Positions 1 through 15,351 of a stretch of 64,000 nt of DNA are shown one piece after another. A program made the translations under genes and the position numbers. The notes under the pieces were generated by a model. It ran no database searches, was not told the origin of the DNA, and worked only from the letters and a program-made list of their open reading frames with translations. Where the stretch lies: positions 186,001 to 250,000 of the forward strand of contig NW_027117350.1 of the NCBI RefSeq assembly GCF_038025025.1, read 5' to 3'. Every line of letters begins with the position of its first letter. Within the stretch, counting starts at the first letter, position 1. The stretch is from Phyllosticta citribraziliensis (taxonomy: Eukaryota).

Positions 1-626
1 ACAATACTGCAACGCCGTTCGAAGAATTCCAGAATCAGCTTGAGGAACTTGTCCGCATCACCGGGGAATACCTGCCGCAAGAGGAGGGATACACACGTGA
101 GCAAATCGCAGAGATTTTGGACGTTTCTGTCGACGAGCTGAACCAACGCTTCACTTCCCAATTCCCCGTCCGCGCGGAGCGCTTCAAGCTGCGGCAGCGC
201 GCCCTCCACGTTTTCAACGAGGCTGTTCGCGTGGGCAAGTTTTTGACACTTCTCGACCACCCGCCGGAGCCCAAGAATGGCAACACGAAGGAGCTGCTGC
301 AAGATCTTGGAGCATTGATGAATGAAACCCAGGAATCGTGCCGCGACCTCTACGAGTGCAGTTGTCCGGAGCTCGACGAGCTGTGCCAGCTGGCCGTCGG
401 TGCTGGCGCATTGGGAAGCCGACTCACTGGTGCTGGCTGGGGTGGTTGCAGTGTACACCTCGTGCCAAAGGACAAGGTGGAGAAGGTTAGGGAGACGTGG
501 ATCAACAAGTACTACAAGAAGAAGTTCCCCAACATCACAGACGAGAAGTTGGAAGAGGCCATCGTGGTCAGCAAGCCCGGATCTGGCAGCTCAGTGTTCA
601 AGGTCACCGGAGATAGTGTGCTCTGA
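1..626 (+). CDS. GAL1: Galactokinase, 3' portion (gene starts before the window)
   Basis: GHMP-kinase C-terminal motifs RALHVFNEA, YECSCPELD and GSRLTGAGWGG; stop at 624-626. Confidence 0.93.
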   Translation, partial: NTATPFEEFQNQLEELVRITGEYLPQEEGYTREQIAEILDVSVDELNQRFTSQFPVRAERFKLRQRALHVFNEAVRVGKFLTLLDHPPEPKNGNTKELLQDLGALMNETQESCRDLYECSCPELDELCQLAVGAGALGSRLTGAGWGGCSVHLVPKDKVEKVRETWINKYYKKKFPNITDEKLEEAIVVSKPGSGSSVFKVTGDSVL

Positions 627-849
627 ACCACTGGCTCCTGAAATACCCTCGAGCAATCCCCTTTGCATCAATCTACTCTTGGATTTGCTCCAGCATAGTA
701 AATAATTAAACTTGCTCATATAAATAGGATGGCGGCAGCACCACCGCATGTCAAAAATTGGTATTCTCTGATGATTCAGGCCTTGCCGCGCCTCCTTAAG
801 CCCCAACGCCGATTTTCAATGCCAGCGACATTTCCCTTTTTCCACCTAC

Positions 850-1729
<880 letters not shown>

Positions 1730-2148
1730 TCAAGGAGCGAGGAGGAGCACTGGCTGGATGGTCATCCAAAAGTGTTGGAGCTGGACAGGGTTGAGCTCAA
1801 GCAGCGAGGGACGGGAGCAAGGTGTCCCGACACGTGATGGACTTGGTAGGTGTCCGTGCCAAGCCACCGGAGGGTCCCGCCAGTCGCCCAGTCGGATAGC
1901 ATCCAGCCGTCGCAACGGTCCACTGCGAACCACTTTCACAACCATCTTCACTTCACTTTGTTTCTTCATTTGATTCACACGCCCCCCGTCCACATGCCTT
2001 GACACGCCCTCATCGGCCGCTCTGATCTTTCCACCGCCAAACACGAATGTCCGCGTCGAACATTTCCCTGCAATCGGCTTCGCCAACACCTCCGCAACCT
2101 TACTGATTCGCGACCCAACGCGCCATCTCTCTCCACTTTAAACTCGAC

Positions 2149-3479
2149 ATGCCTTCGACGCAGACCATGGCCGCACGCCCGCGCGAACGAGTTGAACGCC
2201 CCCGACCGCCGAATCCCGTCGCCGCGCGAGCAGAACAACAATGGATTTTCACCGAGGAGGAGCTGCTGCACACGCCGTCGATTGAGGATGGAATGTCGCC
2301 CGCCGACGAGCGGGAGCTTCGCCGAAAAGGCATGAACTTTGTTGTCCAGGTTGGCGTTATGCTCAAGCTCCCGCAACTCACGCTTTCCACCGCCGGCGTC
2401 TTTCTCCACCGCTTCATAACGCGCAAATCACTGGTCAACAAGGATGGACACAAGGCGCTACACCACTATGTGAGTTGGGCCAATGCTTCTTGTCGGCGCA
2501 CCTAACGCGACGTTAGCAAATCGCCGCGACATCGCTGTTCCTCGCCACCAAAGTTGAGGAGAACTGTCGCAAAATGAAGGAGCTAGTCATTGCCTGCTGC
2601 AGGGTTGCGCAAAAGAACCCCAACCTGCTCGTCGACGAACAGACCAAGGACTTTTGGCGCTGGAGAGATACGATTCTGTACCACGAGGACGTGCTGCTGG
2701 AGACGATTTGTTTCGACCTGACGATCGAGTCACCCTACAAACTACTGTTCGACATGCTCAAGTACTTTGGGTTGGAGCATAACAAGCGGGTACGAAATGC
2801 TGCCTGGACATTCATTAACGACAGTCACGCAACACAGCTGTGCCTCCTGTTCACCTCGCGCACCATCGCGGCGGCAGCGCTCTACTGCGGTGCCCGGCTG
2901 TGTGACGTCAGCCTTCCCGACGAAGACGGCAGACCGTGGTGGGAGTCGCAGTACGTCAAGCTCAAGGACATGAGGCGCGCATGCAACTACATGGCAAGCA
3001 TCTACGAAAAGGCACCGGTCAAGGAGGGCATGGAGAACATTTACGTAGGTCTACGGACCCCCGAACACGGCGACTCGATGAGCGCAGCAACTAGACTAAG
3101 GACATCCCAGACGCCAATGAGTCCTGCAGCAAGCTCCGTCAGCGTCGACCTCACCGGCAGCGAGCAGGGGGTCAAGAGGTCGCGCGAGGAGCACGTCAAG
3201 GGAGACGACGACAACGCGGCCAATGGCGAAAAGGAGCGGCACGCCCAATCGGAGACGGACAGGAAGGATGACGGTGCAGCCGAAGGAGAACCAGGGCCGA
3301 AACGTCTCAAGACGGCGTCGAATGGTGGATCTGCAGAGGGCGAGCCGGGCCCGAAACATCACCAAGCCGAGTCCAACGGGGCATCGGTCGAACGGACGCA
3401 GGGTTCTGCAGGAGCAGCAGCGAAAAAGACGGCCGGAGCGGACGATGACCTCAGCGAGGAGGGCGAAGTGGAGGAGTAG
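2149..3479 (+). CDS. Transcriptional cyclin (cyclin T/K, Pch1/Bur2-like)
   Basis: Cyclin box: WIFTEEELLHTPS, LKLPQLTLSTAGVFLHRF, intron 2470-2516, then LFLATKVEENCRKMKEL; acidic tail SEEGEVEE. Confidence 0.88.
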
Positions 3480-4056
3480 TGCTCCCCCGCGGGGTACGGG
3501 TGCAAGAAGCTTCTTTTTTGGATGGAAGACAAGATCCAGACAACAAGGTGTTGAGGGTTTTGTCAGCGATTCCGTGGGGTGTCGGGCGATGAGTTATCAG
3601 GATCAGTCAACATTTTGGCATCAGCGCTGGCGTTTGTCTTTTTTTTTGGGGGGGGATGGGTGCGATGGGTTTGGCGTCCATGCAAGAGGCACGGAGCGAC
3701 AGTTGGCGAGGATGGCGAGCAGTGAGTATGGTCTCATTATTGATTTCCATGCTTTTTGGATGCAGTCGGTCACTCTGGTGGTGAGCATCACCTACATAAC
3801 CGATGCGCCAGGGGCACCGACCAATGGGGGTGGAGAGGTTGTCGTCATTGGGGCACCCTGATGGAGCAACAGGGGCCGGGTCGCGGTCGCGGCCTCGCCC
3901 GCAGTAGTTCCACTTCCGTTCGCTCTTCGTTCCGCCCACTCAGATCCACTCTGCTGTTTTCGTTATGCTGGCTTATCGCTCAGACAGATTCTTGTAAAAC
4001 TGCCCGCGCTCGCTGCTGCTGCTGTCGGCCGTGGTGAGTTTGCAAAATCCTCCACC

Positions 4057-5220
4057 ATGTCGATGCTTGCCCAAGACTCCATGGCTGCCTCTCCAAACCC
4101 TTCTCCCTTCCTCCGCCTGCCCACGGAAATCCGCCTCATGATTTACGAGCTCCTGCTGCTGCCAGCGACCGCCGACATGCCTCTTCCGCGCAACAAAAAC
4201 ACCACCACGGCCCAGGACTCGCAAGACAACGCCGACGACCCCAACCCCCTCGTCCCTCCCCGTACCCTTCAAATCCGCACCATCGATCCGCAGCACCTCC
4301 ACAAGCACGTCCACACCAACAGGTCGCGTTCCACCCGGCCCGCGTACCACGCGCGCAGCACCGCCATTGGCGCCTCGCGTTTTTCCACCAGCGGCACGCA
4401 GCCAACGACATACACGCTGCGGACGAACCCAGGACTGCAGGGCGCGACGGGGCTGCTGGGGGCGTGCCGGCAGGTGCACGACGAGGCGGCGGCGGTGCTG
4501 TACTCTAGCTACGCCTTCGACTTTGACACGCACATCGAGGCCGTGGAGCCGTTCCTGTCGGCGCTGACGCCCATCGCGCGCCGCAGCGTGACGCGCCTCG
4601 CGCTCGTCAAGGGCGCGCTGCCCGGCGAGAAGGAGTGGGACCGCGCCGAGTGGAAGAGCGCCTGCGAGTACATGGCGCGCGAGCTGCGCCGCGAGGAACT
4701 CGTGCTCGAGCTGGGCGTCGTCGCGGGGAAGCCTGAGAGCAGGGGGCGCAGGGAGAGCAACTCAGACGCGGGGGAAGACGACGATGATGGAGCTGTCGAT
4801 GGCGACGGCGACGGCGACAGCGGGGGCGATGGCTGGGACGGCGTGCCCGAGCTGTCCGTCGACCACTTCCGCCTCGTGCAACCGCGTCGCGTTGCAAGCA
4901 GAGCCGACAGCGGCATCGCGACGCCCACGTCACCCGTCTCGGAGGCTGGCGGCAGGAGCAGCTCCCCCTCTTCTTCCCCTCAGCAGCTCCAACCGCATCT
5001 CGTCTACGGGCTGGGCCTCAAGGCTCTGGCTGGCATTGACTTCGAGTGGGTTGAGCAGCTGGTCGTCGCGTTGCGCGGCTGTCGCGACGTGCGGGTGCGC
5101 GCTGTCGTCGAGCGCTGCGCGCCGCCCGGCGCCAACGAGATGGTGGCCTTTTGGGTTAGCTTTAGCAAGAGCGTCGAGCGCGCATTCCGTGTGTGGTTGA
5201 GGAGTATGATGGTGGCGTAG
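4057..5220 (+). CDS. Fungal hypothetical protein with N-terminal F-box-like motif
   Basis: 387-aa intronless GC-rich ORF; SPFLRLPTEIRLMIYELL and LLGACRQVHDEAAAVLY motifs typical of Pezizomycotina F-box-like proteins. Confidence 0.7.
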   Translation: MSMLAQDSMAASPNPSPFLRLPTEIRLMIYELLLLPATADMPLPRNKNTTTAQDSQDNADDPNPLVPPRTLQIRTIDPQHLHKHVHTNRSRSTRPAYHARSTAIGASRFSTSGTQPTTYTLRTNPGLQGATGLLGACRQVHDEAAAVLYSSYAFDFDTHIEAVEPFLSALTPIARRSVTRLALVKGALPGEKEWDRAEWKSACEYMARELRREELVLELGVVAGKPESRGRRESNSDAGEDDDDGAVDGDGDGDSGGDGWDGVPELSVDHFRLVQPRRVASRADSGIATPTSPVSEAGGRSSSPSSSPQQLQPHLVYGLGLKALAGIDFEWVEQLVVALRGCRDVRVRAVVERCAPPGANEMVAFWVSFSKSVERAFRVWLRSMMVA

Positions 5221-5844
5221 TGGAAAAGAAAGCGGGGGAAGGCGGAGACTGCTCAAGCCGTAATGTGTAATGGCAGGCCGGCGGGCAGATGGACGGAGAG
5301 CCAGGTAACAAGTGTCTCTCTGTCTATCTGCATGCCTGTCAAAGACATGCCAGCGCCATGTCTACTGAGAACGGGTGGCCTTGTCGAAGTGTCTTCTTCC
5401 TCAGCGAAGATCACAGCAACCAGACAAACCCACCACCCACAGGAATCAAGAGAAGCGAGGTCGATTTAAAGTTTGGAACTCCCAAACCAAAAAAGCGGAG
5501 GAAGATGTCGGGGTCGATTGGACGGTGCGCAGCGTTTCGTGGAGAAGTGGTACCACATCATTCGAGGTGGTTCGACCGCACTTCACTTGCCACCCACGAG
5601 GGCAAGTCGGTCCGGTCCGGATGAGATGCAATGCGTTGGCGTCGGTGTCGTTGAACTTGGTTCACAACTCTCCGCCCTTTCATTGTGCCGTATGTCGGGT
5701 TTTGGTCTAGCGACAGCGGCTAGGGGAGGAAGAGGAGCCAGAAACGCGGCGACAGGCATTTGTTTTCCGTTCTGGAACGCTGCTCTTCGAGTCTTTGTTT
5801 CGGTTTCATCACTAAATACCTTCCCTACCTTGGGACAGCGAGAC

Positions 5845-6010
5845 CGCAGCGGGTGTCGAAAGAAATGAGGCCTCCTGGCAATATGGGTGCGTCTAGGGAA
5901 CAGTCATTCGCTGGTACAGCTGCGTTCAAGGAGCATTCGTTTACCGCCACAGCTGCGGCTAAGAAGCATTCATGCGCTGCCATAGCTACGCATAGGAAGC
6001 TGTCATTCAA
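5845..6010 (-). mobile_element. Truncated copy of the CACAGTG-ended MITE family, in opposite orientation to the other copies
   Basis: One TIR (CGCAGCGGGTGTCGAAAGAAATGAGG) followed by internal units read as GAGCATTC; second TIR not found. Confidence 0.75.
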
Positions 6011-6481
6011 GCAGCGGGAGGTGGGAGTAGCTGGTAGGTGTTTTGGTTGGAGTATCTGTCGTGGGCAAGCGCTGGAGTAGGTATGGGAACTGAAAATTTG
6101 ATTACTCGACTTTTGTGTTCGCTTGTTGGATTGTCTGTCTGTCTGTCTGTTTGTCGCCCTCAAGCTCTTTCACGATTTCTTTGCACAACTTGTTCATGAG
6201 CCACTCGCGGAGGATTCGAGGTGACTGCCCGGACTCTCCCTCTTCAGCAACAGACTGCGATATTCGCCGGTGTTCAACGGAAGTGGGTGCAAAAAAGCCT
6301 TCGCCCGAGTGTCGCAGGCACCTACCTCTTCAACAGCCGCGAGATCACCGACCGATTCCACTACCTACTTATTTCTCCAGGCGCTTCTCGTTTCTCCCTC
6401 AGCCTCACAACCATCCTCCCTTCGAATCTGCCAGATCATCGACATTACATCCTTGCCAGCATCAATCGTCCAGCAATCGCC

Positions 6482-7111
6482 ATGAAGCAAGATGGCGACA
6501 ACACCAACAGCGTGAGGTTCTTGCCATAGTGCTACGCTCTATTCTAACCAGGCGCAGCAGGTCGGCAACTCTGTTTCATGTGCATCGAGCAGAGATGAGC
6601 AGGAATACTACGAGAAACTTGGCGAGGTAAGTGCGCGTAGTCGCAATGGAGAGGTCTGTCAAAGATGGAGATTTTGCTGATCAATTGCGCGTAGCTTCAG
6701 AAAAAGCTCCGCCTCAAGTGGCGCTACGAGCGGGCGTACCGCCTCACGCGGGAGCGGGTTCGGCAGGATGTCAAGGCGATGGATGAGGACATTGCCACCT
6801 GCCGTCGTTTGGAGGCAGACATCAAGTTACTGAAGCTCCAGCGCGAAGCTCATGCGAAGAGCAGTGAAAACTACAGCAAGATGTTGGATGCAGGTGTCGC
6901 AAGGATCTTCCAGATTCGAGACGACATTCCCCGCATCAAGATGGTCGCAGAACTTGTAGAGGAAGGTGAGTACAGAAACAGAATGTGCCTTTTATGAATG
7001 GATGTCCTCCTCGGAGCGTTAGGCTGGCTCGCAGTCTTCAATGCTGATATTCGCATTTTCATAGGTGTTCTAGAGCCTTGGACAGCCGACAGTGAACTCA
7101 AACGGGAGTAA
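6482..7111 (+). CDS. Small 4-exon orphan protein (about 140 aa, predicted helical/coiled-coil)
   Basis: Exons 6482-6511, 6552-6626, 6695-6965 and 7065-7111 join in frame through GT..AG introns with CTAAC/CTGAT branch sites. Confidence 0.5.
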
Positions 7112-7309
7112 AGTGCAGGTGCATCATCTGAGGGCGCCGCCAGCAGGCCATCAGGCAGTCACATACCAAGATTGGCCATGTAAGCACATCTTCGGGTCAC
7201 CCATCATCTGCAAAATACAACATCACAACGCCTCAATCCTTGATCTTGTATCATTCTCATCCTTCTTCATCCCATCTCACTCGAGCAAGCCCTGCAATCT
7301 CCCAAACAC

Positions 7310-8053
7310 ATGTCACTTCCGGAAAGGTGAACGATTCTGGACACTTCACGCTGAACGCCATTGAAAGTGAGAAACTCTCATCTTCGGTAATCCGCGCAAT
7401 ATGACTAACGGTTTCAGTCACATCACATCCACACGCTTGAAGGATCTCCACCTCAACGACAGATCCTTGATCAGTTTGATCTGGCAACTCGTTTCATTGT
7501 GAGTCTGATTTGCTAAGTGAAATCCGACCGCATGGCTGACAACCTTCTTAGCTGCTTTTGGAACACACGACGAGAGCTCTATCCTATCAATATGTCGGTC
7601 GCTTGGAAAGCGATAAACAGAGAGCTTGGAAAGCAACTCCGAGTAGTGGGGAAACAAATTGAGCTGGACCGCAAGAAGCTTGACAAGCTTAAAGCCAAGG
7701 AAATCAAGGTCGCAGAGATGAGGAGAGACACGAATGACAACAAGATCAGACTGGCGTAGCAGCAGAAGGCAGACATTGGCCGCACTTTCCACAATCTGAC
7801 CACTCTTGAGGGTGTGAAAGGCGAGCTGGACGAATGCGAAAGGTGGTTCGTGGCGATATTGCGGAAGAACCCGTATCCAAAGTCCGCAGCCCTCTTCCGG
7901 AAGTACCTTAACGAGATCAGAGAGTTGTGGGACGACGGCAAAGCAGGCTGCCCTCGCGACCTTTACGAAGAGATCCAAGAAATGTTTGCAGCTCTCGATG
8001 AGGCTGCGGAAGCTGCGGGCGTCTCCTTGGATTATGAGCCTGAACAGAGATAG
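7310..8053 (+). pseudogene. Possible disrupted spliced gene for a coiled-coil protein
   Basis: ORFs 7517-7759 and 7814-8053 share one frame, interrupted by a single TAG at 7757-7759; intron-like segments lie upstream (about 7327-7417 and 7499-7551). Confidence 0.35.
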
Positions 8054-8769
8054 GCCAGGAGTGGTCTCGATGATTTCTTTACACATGGTCTTTCAAGTTG
8101 GGAAGGTTTCGGATTGGAAGGCACGACTTCACACAAAAGTCTTTGGTTTTGGGTATCTGCAAGACGGTTGGGGGCACTCTTCAAAAGTTCACCACGGCGG
8201 GGGGCTGCGAAAAGGGTCATTTGGTCACTGGATAGTCCTTTAGTCTGCATTTCGGACAGCTACTCATGATCCAAAATTCAATGGAAAATTGTCTCCACAG
8301 AACTGGTGTCGTAATTACAGAGGATGCATGCCTTTCTGAATTGATCAGGGAAGCTTTCTAGAGATTGGCGCTAAACAAAAGTGCACATGCTGCGGCGCTT
8401 GAGTGTGGCTTTTCTGGAAGGTTTCCACAAGTGTTGGCGTGACATCACTTCAAGTGAGAGCTCCATTGTCAATAGTTTTGGACTCAAGCAAGACGTAGTT
8501 CGATCAGGTTGGATGAAACCAGTCTTGAGAAAGAAGAATTTAGAGTGCGGCTATTGAAATGTCTTTTCGGCCTTGACAAAGTGTGGGGCAAAAAACGGCT
8601 CGCTCTCGGCCTAAAATAATTTTTCGTAGATCAACAACCATCCAAAATTACAGTTTGATGGCCATGAGAGATCAAAGAATGGTCGAACCATGCAACTGAG
8701 CCTTCCGAAAGCTTTTTTAATAAGTATATAACTTGCAAAAGCTCAGTAAATCCCAACAACAACACAGCT

Positions 8770-8862
8770 GCCTGGCTAGCTCAATCGGTAGAGCGTGAGA
8801 CTCTTAAATCACCTCCAAAAGGCGATATCTCAAGGCTGCGGGTTCGACCCCCGCGTTGGGCT
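8770..8862 (+). tRNA. tRNA-Lys(CTT) with 20-nt intron (8807-8826)
   Basis: Acceptor stem GCCTGGC/GTTGGGC, D-arm GCTCAATCGGTAGAGC, anticodon arm TGAGA-CTCTTA/A-TCTCA, T-arm GCGGGTTCGACCCCCGC. Confidence 0.95.
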
Positions 8863-9645
8863 CAATTCCCTCATCTTTTGGATCAGTTTTATACTGTTTG
8901 TGGCGGCGTGGAGAAGCTTTTTTGGTGTTTTGTTGCAGAGTCTGACAATGTCACGTGACGACGGAGATACATCGGGCCACGTGCCGCGGCTCCGCCGACG
9001 CAAATCCCCGGCCAATCCCACGCGTCGCGACTGCCTCTTTTTGCAAAGACAAGCCCAGTCGACAATTTGGCAGGCCGTGGCGAGAGTTGTCGGCGTCGAA
9101 TTCTACCTCCGACACTTGGCTGCAAAGTGGCATACACAATTCGGCATCCATTACTTCGCGCTTTCGAATGCTCTTCAACACCGTTCTTCGAAGATTTTAA
9201 ATATTCTCCAGTGCCTTCTGCCCCAACGGTGTCAGATTGATTACTTGTTCCAGCGGACGAACACTGTCCATCGACTTTACTGTGTGCCGCTACCTTTACT
9301 ATCGAGCCTTCTCCGCACAAAAAAAATACGATTGGCTCGCTTCAACGACTGTCCAGAGCGCACGGCGCAGAGGCGGGGCTTTGCGCCAACTTCGAACGTC
9401 GCGTGGGATGACACGGGGGGACGGAAATTTTTGAGATGCCTAACTGGGGTTGCGCTGCAACGAGGCAGCAGAGAATCTTTTGTGGTGGTTTGGAGGGAAA
9501 TGGCTACGACGGCTACTCTTGCATTGAAAAGACTAGATTCAGGGATTGCGGGCAGAGGTCTGGAGGGAGATGATGGATGTGATCTGTGTACTGCACATTG
9601 AAAGAAGTGGTTGCTGAAATGCGGCCACTACTTTCAAGTCGGTGC

Positions 9646-9893
9646 CACAGTGGGTGTCAAAAGAAATGAGGCTCTCCTGGTCTGTCTGCCGCAATAAACG
9701 ACCACTTCCTAAGCGCATGTATAGGTGTATGAATGCTCCTTAAGCGCAGGCGGAGTAGCGAATGAATGCTCCTTGAGCGCAGGCGAAGCAGCGAATGAAT
9801 GCTCCTTGAGCGCAGGCGAAGCAGCGAATGAACGCTCCCTAGACACACTTGTTGTATTGCCAGGAGTTGTAATTTCTTTCGACACCCACTGTG
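9646..9893 (+). mobile_element. MITE, full copy (248 bp), GTGC target duplication
   Basis: TIRs CACAGTGGGTGTCAAAAGAAAT / ATTTCTTTCGACACCCACTGTG; GTGC at 9642-9645 and 9894-9897; three tandem 33-bp units starting at 9729, 9762 and 9795. Confidence 0.9.
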
Positions 9894-10221
9894 GTGCTGG
9901 AAGAAGTATGCGAGGCGAAAGAAGTCGTGACGCAAGCCAAAGAGAGAGAAAAGGGTTCAAGATGTTCATCAGTACATCAAAATGTCGACGAATTCGACTC
10001 TGTTTCTTTGCCAGAATCAGAGCATGCAATAGGTCGCCCATGACTACAGCAACGTCTCAAGCCAGCAACTGGTGACGTCTCCGAGTTGGCTCCGGCAGCG
10101 GCAGGCAGGCGCGTGCGCGTCTCACCCCATGCCACCATTCTCTTCCATATCACCATTCCTCGACCAATTGCTGCGTGGGCCAGCTTGACTCCAGCACCGC
10201 CAGAAAAGAAAATTCCACGCC

Positions 10222-12237
10222 ATGGGCCAACAAAGAATTCTGGTGATAGCGGGCTCGGACAGCTCTGGCGGCGCGTAAGTCCCCCCAAATCCGGCACTCC
10301 CACAGCGCAACCACAGCAGCTTCGACTCGTACCTGCCCCTCCACGTGCATGCCTGCTTTCCCCCCGCTCTGCAAAAGTAGATGCAACGAGGTGCTGCATG
10401 TTCCTGAATTGTGCCTTGTCCGGGATTGAGTTCGAGTTTGCTGATCAGCATGTTTTGTGCGTAGCGGGCTGGAAGCAGACCAAAAAGTTATCGCGTCGCA
10501 TGGATGCTATGCAATGACGGCAACGACGGCGCTGACGGCACAAAACACGCTCGGAGTGCACGGCATCCATGTAACACCGTCTAGCTTTGTGCGCAAGCAG
10601 ATTGAAGCATGCCTAGACGATGTGGGTGTGGATGTGGTCAAGACTGGTAGGTAGGAGTGTCTCTTTCCAAGCCATTTTTCCTTTTCGTCAGCGTCATCAT
10701 GGCCGGGTTTTGATTCGACTTGTTGCAAGGCATGCTGGCTTCGGCCTCGACTGTAGAGGTGGTGGCCGAGGCGCTCAAGAGGTACAACGTGCCCGTTTCC
10801 GTCATCGATCCTGTAAGCGTTTCCTTGTCCGTGGGAAACATTTTCTCACGTCCGCCAGGTCATGGTCGCAACGTCAGGGGCACAGTTGCTCCATGAAGAT
10901 GCCGTGGAGACGCTCATCTCTCAACTCCTGCCGCTCGCCACCGTCGTGACGCCAAATGTGCCAGAGGCCCTGATGATACTCATGCATCGGGACGGCCAGG
11001 GAGCCCCACGGCCAGAACCAACGACGGTGAAAGAGCTGATTGCCATCGCCCAAGCCGTTCGCGAATTGGGCCCTAAGTACGTTCTGCTCAAGGGCGGACA
11101 TGTCCCCCTTAGCAAAGACCACACTGCTCCGGCCAGCGAGGCGGACCGTCACGTGGTGGTCAACGTCCTGGTAGGACCGGGCGAGCCCATCATCATGGAG
11201 ACTGGGTATCAGAAGAGCAGAAACACGCATGGCACCGGCTGCTCGCTCGCATCTGCCATTGCCTCGCGGCTGGGTTTGGGCATGACCATGGAGCAGGCAG
11301 TCAAGACGGCCAACTACTACATCGAAGCCGGAATCCGAACGAGCAAGGACCTCGGGAGCGGGAGCGGCCCAATCAACCACTTCCACTCGACATACATGCT
11401 GCCCTTTGCGCCGGGCCGCTTCATCGAATATCTCCTGGACAGAGAAGACGTGCGGGGGCCGTGGAGAGAGCACACGCATCACGACTTTGTCAAGCAATTG
11501 GCAGACGGGACGCTTCCTCTCTCCAAGTTCCAAAACTACTTGGTCCAGGACTACTTGTTCTTGGTGCGTGGATGCGTATGAGACGAGAGAGACGCTGACC
11601 TTGGCAGATACAATTCTCGAGAGCAAACTCGCTGGCAGCATACAAGGCCAAGGACTTGGACGACATCAACAAGTCGGCGAGGATAGTGTTGCATATTCAG
11701 GAGGAAATGGGGTTGCATGTAAGGTACTGCCAGGGGTTCGGGCTGACCAAGGAGGACATTGAAAGCCACGAGGAGCACCAAGGTGAGTGACGGAGAGACA
11801 AGGAGCGGTACGACATGTCAAGCGGTTTGTTGCTGACGATGGTGCCGGCAGCGTGCACAGCGTACACGCGGTACGTGCTGGACATTGGGCAGTCGGAGGA
11901 CTGGTTTGCGCTGCAGGTGGCGCTGGCGCCGTGCCTGCTCGGCTACGGACACATTGCACGCAGGCTGTTTGACGATCCGGCAACGAAGCGCGAGGGCAAC
12001 CCGTACTGGGATTGGGTTTTGCAATACGTGGCAGACGACTACACCGCCGCGGTGCGAACGGGCGCGGAGCTGCTGGAGAAGCACGCGGAGCGCCAGTCGC
12101 CGGCGCGGATCGAGGAGCTGGCGCGGATATTCATCCACGCGACCAAGGTGAGTTTACGTCCTGTGGTAATGGATGGAGTTTGCATGCTGAGAAGAGTTTA
12201 GATGGAGACGGGGTTCTGGGACATGGGGTCACTGTAG
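10222..12237 (+). CDS. THI20: Hydroxymethylpyrimidine(-phosphate) kinase fused to TenA/thiaminase II
   Basis: ILVIAGSDSSGGAGLEAD, TALTAQNT, VLLKGGH, NTHGTGC and GPINHF; TenA part YLVQDYLFL, ALAPCLLGY, METGFWDM; 6 introns. Confidence 0.9.
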
Positions 12238-12312
12238 AAAGGGATGCGGCTGAGGGAGATGAACCGAGGGATGGCGGTTGTAGTAGGCGATGGTTCGTCC
12301 GGAATAGAAGAT

Positions 12313-12368
12313 GGACAGGACAGGGTGGACAGGGTGGACAGAGAGGACAGAGAGGACAGAGAGAGACA
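12313..12368 (+). repeat. Short tandem repeat (GGACAGGGT/GGACAGAGA units)
   Basis: About five 9-bp units directly visible downstream of the THI20 stop. Confidence 0.8.
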
Positions 12369-12783
12369 ATGTGAATAGGTCAATCATTGCACACGGTCGA
12401 CATGATCGGGCGGCGATGCGACCGTGTGGGTGGCGGGTGGCCAGGAAACCCTGCGCAGACAATTTTTCCTGGCGGTAGGGCGGACCAATGGCCGTGGCGC
12501 GCAAAAAACCCAGCGCGGCCTGGTCTCGGCCCGAAGTTGCCTCCTAGCGGACGTAGAAGGCCCAGGTCTGCGCTTTCCGCTTTTTCTCTCAAAAACATCG
12601 CCCTCACCACTTCCTCCATCCCACTCCCTCCACTCGCCCTCTCATCGCCTCTGACGCGACCAAATCCTCATCTCCCTCTCTCATCTCCATCCCGACTCTC
12701 TCGCGCGACGCTGCTCTCAAGCCGCGCCTAATTTCACGCTCTTTATCACCCTTCTCCGGTCCCTACTGAACCCGCCTGCGACC

Positions 12784-15351
<2,568 letters not shown>

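Noticed and set aside
3279..3355. Duplicated AEGEPGPK segment in the cyclin tail
   Set aside because: A small internal duplication in a disordered region with no evidence of special function.
8795..9601. 268-aa ORF overlapping tRNA-Lys
   Set aside because: It starts inside the tRNA at a non-ATG codon and has no coding-like composition or recognisable motif.
9646..9690. True V(D)J-type RSS (heptamer plus nonamer)
   Set aside because: CACAGTG is present, but no ACAAAAACC nonamer follows at 12- or 23-bp spacing.
9729..9840. CRISPR-like array
   Set aside because: The units are contiguous tandem copies without unique spacers, the context is eukaryotic, and there are no cas genes.
9657..10075. 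Short ORFs with repeated LLRLRSRSIHS / ANECSLSAG peptides (similar ones at 5825, 36545 and 39461)
   Set aside because: By-products of the 33-bp MITE unit being a multiple of three; frames are not preserved between copies.
10275..10464. TPP riboswitch in the long first intron of the THI20-like gene
   Set aside because: The conserved GCUGAGA and CUGAU...UAAU...GCG.AGGGA aptamer motifs are not present; only a branch-site GCTGAT is seen.
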